The notes under the pieces are model-generated. The model saw nothing but the letters and a program-made list of their open reading frames with translations, searched no databases and was not told where the DNA came from. Positions 1 to 8,343 of a DNA stretch of 64,000 nucleotides are shown here, piece by piece. Every line of letters starts with the position of its first letter. The first letter of the stretch is position 1. The stretch comes from a virus (Duplodnaviria > Heunggongvirae > Uroviricota > Caudoviricetes). The position numbers and the translations under genes are program-made. Where the stretch lies: IMG/VR virus record IMGVR_UViG_3300042256_000013, positions 128,001-192,000 of that record, one strand, 5' to 3'.

Positions 1-53
1 TAATCCTACAAGAGCACCAATAGCTCTTTCTCTGTTGTCACTCATAATATTCC

Positions 54-524
54 TTAGTGAAATTTAACCGCACCATTATTGGATGCCAGTTCAAACATTG
101 TTTTCCATTCGTAGTACTTTGAAAGATTATATCCTTCTAGATATAAACAGGCATGTTCTTCATAATCATTGAAGTCCTTAGCAAGTTTAGTACTACACAT
201 TGTACCGATTACCCCTTCACAATCAGAGTAATTAATAAGTTCATAGAATGGATAATAACCATTTTCATCAAGTGGTAAACGAGTGGCTAACTGACGTAAC
301 GTACCACGCCATAAATTATATCCACCATAAGAACCTGCCCTCATATGCTCACTGTTTTCATAACTGTAAAAATATGAGCCATCAACATCTATGTGCTGGT
401 AGCAATCTTGATCGTTGTGAATATAGAAATATGTCCAGTCATGATCATATGCTTCATCTACATCCATGTTTTCGCGTTGTGATTCTTTCTTAAGATTACT
501 ATACGCGGTAATATCTAAACCCAT
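54..524 (-). CDS. hypothetical phage protein (MGLDI-type N-terminus)
   Basis: 156-aa ORF with AAGG RBS-like sequence upstream; no recognisable catalytic motif. Confidence 0.75.
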   Translation of the reverse strand: MGLDITAYSNLKKESQRENMDVDEAYDHDWTYFYIHNDQDCYQHIDVDGSYFYSYENSEHMRAGSYGGYNLWRGTLRQLATRLPLDENGYYPFYELINYSDCEGVIGTMCSTKLAKDFNDYEEHACLYLEGYNLSKYYEWKTMFELASNNGAVKFH

Positions 525-587
525 TTGAAACTTTACCTTATGTGATTTACCATTCTTCGAATGTCAAAGAATTATCGTCAGTACTAC

Positions 588-956
588 TCATTTAGTACCT
601 TCAATTATCATTTTAATCGTGCTTACAAAATGTATATCCCAGCACCATAGTTCTTTATGTGGAACTTCATAGTACTCAATAACATCTTCCATTACACCTT
701 CGTCGTTTTCTTTCTGTACAATACGAGCTAAAGTTTTAAGCTGTACTGTTTTAGATTCAGTTAATGTACATTCGAGATTAGGTACATTTTTCAATGTACT
801 GAAATAAAAATTAGCCATTCTGTAATCAAAAAACCGATGCTTAAATGATTCTTGTTTATCGATCATAATCGTATTATCGAATCTATAACTGAAATTTGAA
901 CCTGATACTTCAGGAGCTATAGATTGAAGGAGATCAATAATTTCTTTAGTTTGCAT
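588..956 (-). CDS. hypothetical protein
   Basis: 122-aa ORF, GGAG RBS at ~964-967. Confidence 0.75.
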   Translation of the reverse strand: MQTKEIIDLLQSIAPEVSGSNFSYRFDNTIMIDKQESFKHRFFDYRMANFYFSTLKNVPNLECTLTESKTVQLKTLARIVQKENDEGVMEDVIEYYEVPHKELWCWDIHFVSTIKMIIEGTK

Positions 957-1103
957 TGCCTAACTCCGTTAGTCAAGAATTGAGTTCAGTACTCTCTATC
1001 GTTCGTACTATGAACTCAATTCAGATTTTATATGTTTAACACAATTTATACTGACGAGATTTGGGGAGGACATTTTCATCCCCCCGCAGGGGGGTGAAGT
1101 CGT

Positions 1104-1600
1104 AAAAAAAGTACACAATCGTGTACTGAATTTAATCTGACGATGATAGTCGTCGGAATCTGTCGAATTGTGAATTTCTCTGAATTTTAGATACAACTTC
1201 ATTGTACTTTTTCTGGAGAACGAAAGCGGGTTGCTCGGTTTCTCTCTATCACAGTCATATGCAACGGTCGCAGGTTTAAACATTCCTGCACTCAGTACTG
1301 AATCTATTCGACCAAATCAGTACTTGCCATTTCTGGCTCCCTTAGCGTATTGGTAAGTGACCTTATATGTCTATCTAGGAAGTGTCTCATATGCTTATCA
1401 CACTTCTTTATTGAGCCGCATTGCCGTGATTCATAGTCTTACATCGCTTTGGATTGAATGCTATTACTCTAACGGGTTTCTTTTGCTCATCGTACTGATT
1501 GAACTACTCATCTGCCATCTACATTTTCGATAGGATCAGGTGTATTCACTCGTCAAGGACTATCCTTGTCAATCAGAGTTGTATCTAAAAATATTATTGT
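1104..1600 (-). ncRNA. candidate large structured non-coding RNA (~500 nt)
   Basis: No credible ORF. Promoter at 1607-1635. Perfect 14-bp closing helix 1185-1198/1577-1590 with many nested helices, a GAAA tetraloop on the minus strand, and a hairpin plus U7 at 1104-1127. Confidence 0.6.
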
Positions 1601-1606
1601 ACCATC

Positions 1607-1635
1607 ATTATACCATATAAATTCGGTTCGATCCA
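1607..1635 (-). promoter_or_regulatory. promoter TGGATC-N17-TATAAT (variant of the TGRAAY class)
   Basis: Minus strand TGGATC gaaccgaatttatatgg TATAAT, directly downstream of a terminator. Confidence 0.65.
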
Positions 1636-1650
1636 AAAATCTTACTTAAA

Positions 1651-1676
1651 AAAATACCAGCGAGACGCTGGTATTT
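1651..1676 (-). terminator. intrinsic terminator
   Basis: AAATACCAGCG-aga-CGCTGGTATTT hairpin with a T-run on the minus strand, after the stop of 1684..3516. Confidence 0.8.
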
Positions 1677-1683
1677 GTGGTTA

Positions 1684-3516
1684 TTATAGGTCGGTTTTCT
1701 CAATGAGAATAACGTGACCATTGACATGTACTTCATAGAATGCATACTCTGGAAGATCATCTATATAATATGCATAATTACAAAATACATATTTTGCACG
1801 GAGTTCATCAGTAAGTATTGAAACTGGAATGTAAAAATCTCCATCATCTAAACCTGTACTGACTTTAACAAGATTTTCATATTTACCATTAACTGAACGT
1901 TTTCCATCTTCAAGTGCATACCCAACTTCTACACCTTTTGTTCGATATTCTGTACGTTCTTTCTTAGATGCAAACGCAGTTAAGTTATCCCAATCAATCA
2001 TTAGATTAACTTCATCTTTAAGTGCATTATAATCAAGTTCCATATCAAGTAGAGCTTTGCGAATCTTAGCAGTACTATCACGTACAAAGATGTTGTGTTT
2101 TTGTACACGGTTCAAGAATTCTTGAACAACATCACGATCAAGTACTTGATTAAGTTCAGACACGAACTTAGAAGTAATTGCAGGTACTTCTGGTTTATCA
2201 ATCCAACCAGTATCAAGACTATTCATCATATCGTGGAATTTCTGAATCTTCTCAATTGGTGTATTTGAACCATCCATGTACTTAATCAGTACAGTAGTAG
2301 GAGTAAACAAATCCCATCCAACAATATTGTGAGAAGCAGCATATTCATCGAATGAACCAAAGCTGATGAGTGCAACTTTAAGTTCAATGGTTTCAACAAT
2401 CGTATCACCAATACTGAACTGAGCCAATTCTTCTTCAGTAATTGTAGTTTCCTCAATATCTGATACTGGTTCATCATACAAAACTTTATCTGGAATACCA
2501 TTAAAACGAATTTTAGCACCACCGAGTAAGGTATCCGCACGATCAACGTTCAGAACGTCTTTAACCACGTCAATAATATCTTGCATTTCTACAACATTCT
2601 TTTCACGTTCAGTCATTAGTGCCAAAGTACGTTCTGGTAATTTATATGGTTTGTTATTGTCAATAGCATCTAAATCTGAAAGTAAACTTATCATTTGTCT
2701 AGATGCTTCTGAAAATAGTAAATTTTCAGCACTTTCTAAATCCCTACGTAATTGTTCTTCCAACGTAGTAGAATCACCTTGGATTTCATTTTCAGATAAT
2801 TCACTAACCATATCTAATGCTTCACGCATTTTGGCAATATCATGCTCTTTTTGAACAGCTAAACGAACTTGTGCAGATTCTTTAACACGTTCAATAAATT
2901 CAGTACCTTCTTTAAGAATATTACGAATTTCTTCGATTTGCTCAGGTGTTAATTCCTCATCTTCTGTTGTCTCCAAATCTTCTTCTTCAGAACGGGAAGT
3001 TTGTAGAAGACGGACAGTACCAGTATCTTTGTTATAAGTACTGTAATCGATAACAACATTACATTGTTTCTCAATTAGAACTAACCCATTTTCAGTACTA
3101 ATAGATACAAGACCATCATAAGTACTAAGTTGATTTAGTTGAAATTCTTTAGTCAGCAAATAATCAATTTGTGGATCACGATCAAAAATGATTGCCATTG
3201 CTGCTAGTGGTTCATCAGATTTTTGTTCAGCAAAAGCTTCCTGTACTGAACCTTCAGTATAAGCAGGATTTTCTTTAACAATATCCTCAACTACATTGAT
3301 TAGGCTGAATTCTTTTCCATCCACTGCTAGTTCAAATGTAGCTAATCCTTCTGTTGGTGTAGCTTCAATATAAATGATAGCATGTTTTTGCGTTATTGCA
3401 TAACGAATGATGCTAACATTACCGATGGCTGATTGTAGCCTGTCCTTCAGGACTTGTACAGAATGAATTCCTTCGATGTTAACTTGTACTTGGATAACGG
3501 ATTTAGTATTAATCAT
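1684..3516 (-). CDS. large acidic hypothetical protein (probably late)
   Basis: ~610-aa ORF; GGAG RBS before ATG 3516; TATAAATA at 3548-3555. Confidence 0.75.
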   Translation of the reverse strand: MINTKSVIQVQVNIEGIHSVQVLKDRLQSAIGNVSIIRYAITQKHAIIYIEATPTEGLATFELAVDGKEFSLINVVEDIVKENPAYTEGSVQEAFAEQKSDEPLAAMAIIFDRDPQIDYLLTKEFQLNQLSTYDGLVSISTENGLVLIEKQCNVVIDYSTYNKDTGTVRLLQTSRSEEEDLETTEDEELTPEQIEEIRNILKEGTEFIERVKESAQVRLAVQKEHDIAKMREALDMVSELSENEIQGDSTTLEEQLRRDLESAENLLFSEASRQMISLLSDLDAIDNNKPYKLPERTLALMTEREKNVVEMQDIIDVVKDVLNVDRADTLLGGAKIRFNGIPDKVLYDEPVSDIEETTITEEELAQFSIGDTIVETIELKVALISFGSFDEYAASHNIVGWDLFTPTTVLIKYMDGSNTPIEKIQKFHDMMNSLDTGWIDKPEVPAITSKFVSELNQVLDRDVVQEFLNRVQKHNIFVRDSTAKIRKALLDMELDYNALKDEVNLMIDWDNLTAFASKKERTEYRTKGVEVGYALEDGKRSVNGKYENLVKVSTGLDDGDFYIPVSILTDELRAKYVFCNYAYYIDDLPEYAFYEVHVNGHVILIEKTDL

Positions 3517-3547
3517 ATAACACTCCATGTTGTATAAAAAGTAGAAC

Positions 3548-3555
3548 TATTTATA
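3548..3555 (-). promoter_or_regulatory. T4-type late promoter TATAAATA
   Basis: Exact T4 late consensus, intergenic, ~30 nt before the start codon. Confidence 0.55.
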
Positions 3556-3573
3556 AAATTGATCAATCGTTGA

Positions 3574-4059
3574 TCAGTTCGATTCTTTGAGGACAGTTCT
3601 AATATCCTCATAACTTGCACTAAGCCAGTCGAATCCTTCTGGCATAATAACTCTACCACTATATTCATAGTAATGAACGAACGGTAGAGTACTTTCTTGT
3701 AATAATTTAGCGATAGCTGGATTATGAGCAATCTTTGTTACTAACATATTCTCCATAATTTCTAAATCTTCATTAGATAATCCGAGAACATCCAACCTAT
3801 CGTCTCTATATTTACGCCCAGCTTTTTTTGCTTCAAAACCGTGTAATGGTCTAAGGTCGTCATGCTTTTGACCTGTAAGATACCAGTACCAGAATGCTTC
3901 AGCACTGGCAAAGTACCCGTAAGGTTCATAGACAAATGGGGAACGAGCGAAATTTGATAGTAGTCTACCTAATTCAGTTCTGGCTTGACTATAGATGTTA
4001 ATGTGCGTTATGCCGTCTTCTTCAGGATCGTAAATGGGGGTGGTTTCGAATTCAAACAT
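3574..4059 (-). CDS. NADAR-family (T4 gp30.3/YbiA-like) protein
   Basis: Motifs LLSNFARSPF, FASAEAFW, G.EAKKAGR, IAKLLQES typical of the NADAR fold. Confidence 0.6.
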   Translation of the reverse strand: MFEFETTPIYDPEEDGITHINIYSQARTELGRLLSNFARSPFVYEPYGYFASAEAFWYWYLTGQKHDDLRPLHGFEAKKAGRKYRDDRLDVLGLSNEDLEIMENMLVTKIAHNPAIAKLLQESTLPFVHYYEYSGRVIMPEGFDWLSASYEDIRTVLKESN

Positions 4060-4104
4060 TTTACTTCCATGTGAAAAACCCCTCACCAGGAGGGGTTCAG
4101 GGTA

Positions 4105-4455
4105 TTAATATGGGTCTGAGTTGTGGGTATCATCACCAGGATTACCACGAGTACGGTTAATGTCAATATAGACACCAGCAGCATTCTTGGCCTGACACTG
4201 ATCCATCCACCACGAGTACTGAGTTTGAGCATTCGTGATCATACCTTGCGTTGAGCAAGAACCCATTTTGTACAGTTTAACTGAACACACCAGCGTTGCA
4301 ATAATAACTGCTGCCAGCATAGTTTTCAGGAAGCGTTTCATATTATCGCCGATAACAAGAACCCAATCATCCTTTAACCAGTACTTAGCGAACAGGAACC
4401 AAACGCCGAAGTTCAAAAACATGAACAACAGGACAACTAAAAAGTACTTAATCAT
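4105..4455 (-). CDS. hypothetical membrane protein
   Basis: Two hydrophobic segments followed by a short Cys-containing tail. Confidence 0.65.
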   Translation of the reverse strand: MIKYFLVVLLFMFLNFGVWFLFAKYWLKDDWVLVIGDNMKRFLKTMLAAVIIATLVCSVKLYKMGSCSTQGMITNAQTQYSWWMDQCQAKNAAGVYIDINRTRGNPGDDTHNSDPY

Positions 4456-4458
4456 TTG

Positions 4459-4770
4459 TTAACTCCATAAATTGGCATGTTGGATAACCCACTTTAAACG
4501 AAGTTCGTTTAGGTGAGCAGATTTTTTACGCACTTCTTCTGAATAGTCATTACCGTTGTAGTTAAACGGATATGAAACATTCAACTTAGCATCCCTTAAC
4601 TGTTGGCGTAATTCTTTGAAAATAGAAATACTTTTTAAATTAATATTACTATACCGAAGAACACAATCGCACAAACCAACATCAGTACTGAACAGTGGAT
4701 GGTTAGGAGTACCATCTTTAATCCACTTATGATATTCACGATAGAATCGTGTAAGTTCTAAGCTTTGCAT
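4459..4770 (-). CDS. hypothetical protein
   Basis: 103-aa ORF, GAGG RBS, packed in operon. Confidence 0.7.
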   Translation of the reverse strand: MQSLELTRFYREYHKWIKDGTPNHPLFSTDVGLCDCVLRYSNINLKSISIFKELRQQLRDAKLNVSYPFNYNGNDYSEEVRKKSAHLNELRLKWVIQHANLWS

Positions 4771-4773
4771 TAA

Positions 4774-4944
4774 TTATTCCTCAGTACTGAAACATTTAGC
4801 AGAAACAACAGTTAATGGCATATTATAACGTTTCCTTGCATTAGGCAAGGATGTTTTTTCACAATTCTCAACATCCACTTTCAGTGGAATTTGAACTGTA
4901 GTTGGATTACCATTTAATGACAAGATAAGAACTAAAATTGACAT
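4774..4944 (-). CDS. small hypothetical protein (56 aa, not in ORF track)
   Basis: Hand translation MSILVLILSLNGNPTTVQIP...KCFSTEE*; GAGG RBS; sigma70 promoter just upstream. Confidence 0.65.
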   Translation of the reverse strand: MSILVLILSLNGNPTTVQIPLKVDVENCEKTSLPNARKRYNMPLTVVSAKCFSTEE

Positions 4945-4976
4945 AACTGCCTCACTTAATTTATTAACTTGATGCT

Positions 4977-5005
4977 AGTATATCAGAACTCTAAGGATTC
5001 GTCAA
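4977..5005 (-). promoter_or_regulatory. sigma70 early promoter TTGACG-N17-TATACT
   Basis: Read directly from the minus strand. Confidence 0.7.
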
Positions 5006-5538
5006 GCACTTTTTCTAAAATTCTCAAACAAATCTATAAGAGCCAGTACTGAAATGTCATCTTCAACGAGATCATGAGTAAACGCTTCAGGTGAGTCTAT
5101 TCTATACCATTTCCCATTAACAAGCAAGTCTTCATCATGAAAAACAATACTATGAATAACTTTATCGTTAGTTAAGAAATTCTGATTCCAGTTCTCTACA
5201 ACTTGTAGTTTTACAATTCTGTCACGTGTACAAATAATTACAACGTGGAATGAAATCAATGTAGATGAACTTAAAGTAGCTGTACCGGCAACTGTAACTG
5301 TATGTGTAGTCCAAGGTTGTATTTGCATTGGTGATAATGGCTGAGGTGGTGGATTGAAGCGGTCTGCTGATGCAGCTTTCTTAAATTTGTAAACATAAGG
5401 TTGTGGTTTACTGATAGTTAGATTATAAAATGTATAATCTTCAGCATAGTCAAGTACATCAAAATTGCACTTGTTAATAGTTTCCAGTAGTGATTCGACT
5501 TCTTCGAACCAATCAATAAATGGGATTTTTCTTTCCAT
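5002..5538 (-). CDS. hypothetical protein
   Basis: ORF with GGAG RBS before ATG 5538. Confidence 0.7.
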   Translation of the reverse strand: MERKIPFIDWFEEVESLLETINKCNFDVLDYAEDYTFYNLTISKPQPYVYKFKKAASADRFNPPPQPLSPMQIQPWTTHTVTVAGTATLSSSTLISFHVVIICTRDRIVKLQVVENWNQNFLTNDKVIHSIVFHDEDLLVNGKWYRIDSPEAFTHDLVEDDISVLALIDLFENFRKSA

Positions 5539-5551
5539 ATTTGCTCCATGC

Positions 5552-5580
5552 AAAAAAGCTGCCCCGAAGGACAGCTTTTG
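5552..5580 (-). terminator. intrinsic terminator
   Basis: AAAAGCTG-CC-ccgaa-GG-A-CAGCTTTT hairpin with T-run. Confidence 0.7.
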
Positions 5581-5585
5581 TATAA

Positions 5586-6137
5586 TTAGTGAAGTTTAAT
5601 AACTTCTTGGCGATGAGTTTCGAACGCTTTAGCAGTACGATCATCAGTTACGATAGTACAAAGCTTTTCGATGTTATCACCTGGATATTTAGCACTCAAG
5701 AACATGCTTGTCCAGATGCGACCACGATATTCTTCGTAATCAGAACATACATCAGTCTTCTTGTTTTGTGCGTTCTTGAAGGCTTCACGACCTGCGTCGA
5801 TTGTTACCATCAACGTTTCGTACATTTTCGGAGACAAGTTAGGCATGTTTTGCTGAACGAAAGAACGAATATACGTTTCGTCTTTGTTACGTCCTTCAAA
5901 ATACGCTTTCAACGTTTTCTGAAGATCTTCAGCATACATTGCTGGAATCTGAGCTTGTTCCTGTACTTTTAAAGTATAGGCACTCAGTTGTGTCTGACTT
6001 GCCTGATCGTTTCGTTTGATATTTGCTTCAAACTTGTTCGCAGTGTTGTTAGTACTGGTGTACATAGCAACTGAACCAACGAACCCTAAAACGAATACTA
6101 ACCCTACTGAGATAAGAATTGCTTTTCCGAGTTTCAT
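5586..6137 (-). CDS. LemA-like membrane-anchored helical protein
   Basis: N-terminal TM, then helical region with NMPNLS..YETLM..I...R..F..AQ resembling LemA. Confidence 0.5.
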   Translation of the reverse strand: MKLGKAILISVGLVFVLGFVGSVAMYTSTNNTANKFEANIKRNDQASQTQLSAYTLKVQEQAQIPAMYAEDLQKTLKAYFEGRNKDETYIRSFVQQNMPNLSPKMYETLMVTIDAGREAFKNAQNKKTDVCSDYEEYRGRIWTSMFLSAKYPGDNIEKLCTIVTDDRTAKAFETHRQEVIKLH

Positions 6138-7231
6138 AAATCTACTTTCCTCATGTAATTACCGACTACTAATGATGATACCGCAGCTAAAATTGAGCAG
6201 ATAATAACTACCCACAAGCTAGGTTCAAGTTTGTATTTCAGGTATTCAAATTCAGCATTAGGCAGACGTTTGAAATCCTGATTAATATCTTTCACTAATA
6301 TCTGAACTAAGTCAAGTGACATTTGTTCAGACATAGCATCCATACGCAGCTTACTATGAAGCAATTCATTATTAGATCCTTGTGCGAATGAAGTACTAGA
6401 AAAGTTACGAACAGAACCAGTTTCATCTAACGCTGCGAACATAATAACGTCATTCTTCTTACCACCACGCCATTTACCGATAATCGCTTTCGGTAACTCA
6501 GCATCTTTAATTGGATACAGTACTAACAAGATGTTAACTTGTTTAGCTGCACCCATATCACGGAGTGCCGAATTGATGTAGTCATTATAACCTGCTACGG
6601 ATTGACCTGTCAAGTTCAAAACATGATTTACACGATAATAATCATACACTTTAGGGTAATCTGGTAAAGATTTTTTATACTCTTCAGTATAATCACGTTG
6701 ATACTCTTCTTCATGGAATAATGATTCTTTATTTCCAAGAAGATAATTAAAGTACGTGTTTTCAGTACTTGCTGGATCACCAATTTTGATCATAGCCCAA
6801 CGTGGCGGGATTGCAGTACCTTGACGGTTCACACGATCAATAGTATGTGAATCAACAGTCGTTTTAACACGCCAGTCAATTTCATATAGATAATCAAATA
6901 CCTTATAAGATTCACAACTCTTTTGTCGTTTACCTTTGCTATCAGTGTAGTATGAACATTTTTCATGCCATGTGTAATGTTTACAGGAACTGCTTTGTGA
7001 ATTACACAATTCTACATCACGTGACTTGCTCAGTACTTTGCCGTTTAAAATCTCGGTATCAGCCATTGACGCGTATATGCTTGCGTAGGTAATACCCATC
7101 ATGATAGCAATACTCAGACATACTGCAAAGAAATGATAAACACATTCTTTCGCAGTAATCTCATGCTGGTATTTGTATTTCATGATAATCAAAATCAGTA
7201 ATGCTGGTAAAGCAATAATGAAGAAGTTCAT
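6134..7231 (-). CDS. membrane protein with TPM-like extracytoplasmic domain
   Basis: Two N-terminal TMs, Cys-rich segment, KQVNILLVL...KWRGGKKND core, C-terminal TM; coupled to the LemA-like gene. Confidence 0.5.
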   Translation of the reverse strand: MNFFIIALPALLILIIMKYKYQHEITAKECVYHFFAVCLSIAIMMGITYASIYASMADTEILNGKVLSKSRDVELCNSQSSSCKHYTWHEKCSYYTDSKGKRQKSCESYKVFDYLYEIDWRVKTTVDSHTIDRVNRQGTAIPPRWAMIKIGDPASTENTYFNYLLGNKESLFHEEEYQRDYTEEYKKSLPDYPKVYDYYRVNHVLNLTGQSVAGYNDYINSALRDMGAAKQVNILLVLYPIKDAELPKAIIGKWRGGKKNDVIMFAALDETGSVRNFSSTSFAQGSNNELLHSKLRMDAMSEQMSLDLVQILVKDINQDFKRLPNAEFEYLKYKLEPSLWVVIICSILAAVSSLVVGNYMRKVDL

Positions 7232-7270
7232 GGTTCAGCCCTATTATTGGATAACAGGGCTATTTTATCA

Positions 7271-7960
7271 TTACTCTACGGGAACGTCAAGCGGTTTTAC
7301 AAGATCCAGCATGTACCGAGTCATCAGAGATTCCTTAGCAGCATCATATACTGGATTGTGCAAGCACAATGGGAACATAATGTCAAGTGAATCTACTTCT
7401 TCAACGAATGCATCTAAATGTGGCTGAATTGCTTCTTTCATCGCAGTTTCTTCCTCTTTAGAAAGTAACATACGCAAAGTACGAACGTTTTGTGGTGAAC
7501 TGTAGATCCATAATTTTCCATCACCGAACATTACACGGTGATTTTCTTGAAGAATACTACAATCAAAATGACAACCATTACCAAATACTTTCGTATTGAA
7601 TTTAGGTTCATCTGAATTATGAAGGAACCATTTCAAGATATTTGGAATATTTGGGGAATCGTATATTGTTCCATTTGAATGAAGTGCTACTGGACTTTGA
7701 AGTTTAAATGATTTTTGCATTTCACAAAGTGAAAGAGGAAACTCTTGAGCACATGCATTAAACCAAAAATCCATAGTACTAGCATCTACTTTCAATCCTA
7801 ATTCAAGTTGATCTTGAATAGGAAGTTGAACGTACAACCATTCCATTTCATGAGTTAGTACTTCAGGAATACGCACAACTGCGTAATTAGGAATCACTAT
7901 ACCATAACCTGAGTTTTCTGGTGTAGCCAAAGTTTCAATATCAATTACTGACATAGACAT
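7271..7960 (-). CDS. dexA: DEDDh 3'-5' exonuclease, T4 DexA-like
   Basis: ExoI DIETL, ExoII GNGCHFD, ExoIII HNPVYDA. Confidence 0.7.
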   Translation of the reverse strand: MSMSVIDIETLATPENSGYGIVIPNYAVVRIPEVLTHEMEWLYVQLPIQDQLELGLKVDASTMDFWFNACAQEFPLSLCEMQKSFKLQSPVALHSNGTIYDSPNIPNILKWFLHNSDEPKFNTKVFGNGCHFDCSILQENHRVMFGDGKLWIYSSPQNVRTLRMLLSKEEETAMKEAIQPHLDAFVEEVDSLDIMFPLCLHNPVYDAAKESLMTRYMLDLVKPLDVPVE

Positions 7961-8292
7961 TACAAATTTACCACCGTATAATATTTTTTAACTACTACTT
8001 TTTCATGTTCTGTAACAAATGAGAATAGAGTATCTTCATACTCATATCCCTGGTAATAATCTCCAGTACGTTCCAGTTCTGCTTGAACAAATAGTTCAAG
8101 TTCAGGAAATTTGAAAATCATTGTTTTATATGCTCTACGACCATCATCTTCCCAAGCAGTTTCTTTGATAAGATTATATTTGATCGAATCATCACCCCAT
8201 TCACCTTCTGGATCATCTTCATAATCCATTGAATCAATAAGTTCACCGAGTTTAGATAGTAGTTCTTCTGTTAGTTCCATTGAAATTTCCAT
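7960..8292 (-). CDS. acidic hypothetical protein
   Basis: 110-aa ORF, TAATG overlap with the downstream gene. Confidence 0.7.
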   Translation of the reverse strand: MEISMELTEELLSKLGELIDSMDYEDDPEGEWGDDSIKYNLIKETAWEDDGRRAYKTMIFKFPELELFVQAELERTGDYYQGYEYEDTLFSFVTEHEKVVVKKYYTVVNL

Positions 8293-8294
8293 AA

Positions 8295-8321
8295 GAAAAA
8301 GCCCCTACTATGAGGGGCTTT
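8295..8321 (-). terminator. intrinsic terminator
   Basis: AAAGCCCCT-actatg-AGGGGCTTT hairpin with T-run. Confidence 0.75.
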
Positions 8322-8343
8322 GTTTTTTTTAGGCTTTTGTGGA

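Noticed and set aside
540-567. sigma70 promoter TTGACA upstream of 54..524
   Set aside because: No acceptable -10 at 16-18 bp spacing
1008-1283. 91-aa minus-strand ORF
   Set aside because: Runs through dense RNA helices, a terminator-like U-run and the C6/G6 hairpin; atypical composition; better explained as non-coding
1185-1590. Retron msr-msd, tmRNA, RNase P or group I/II intron identity for the structured region
   Set aside because: No reverse transcriptase in the window, no tRNA-like ends or tag ORF, only weak partial RNase P-like words (GGATAGTCC), and no D5 or P7 consensus or flanking exons
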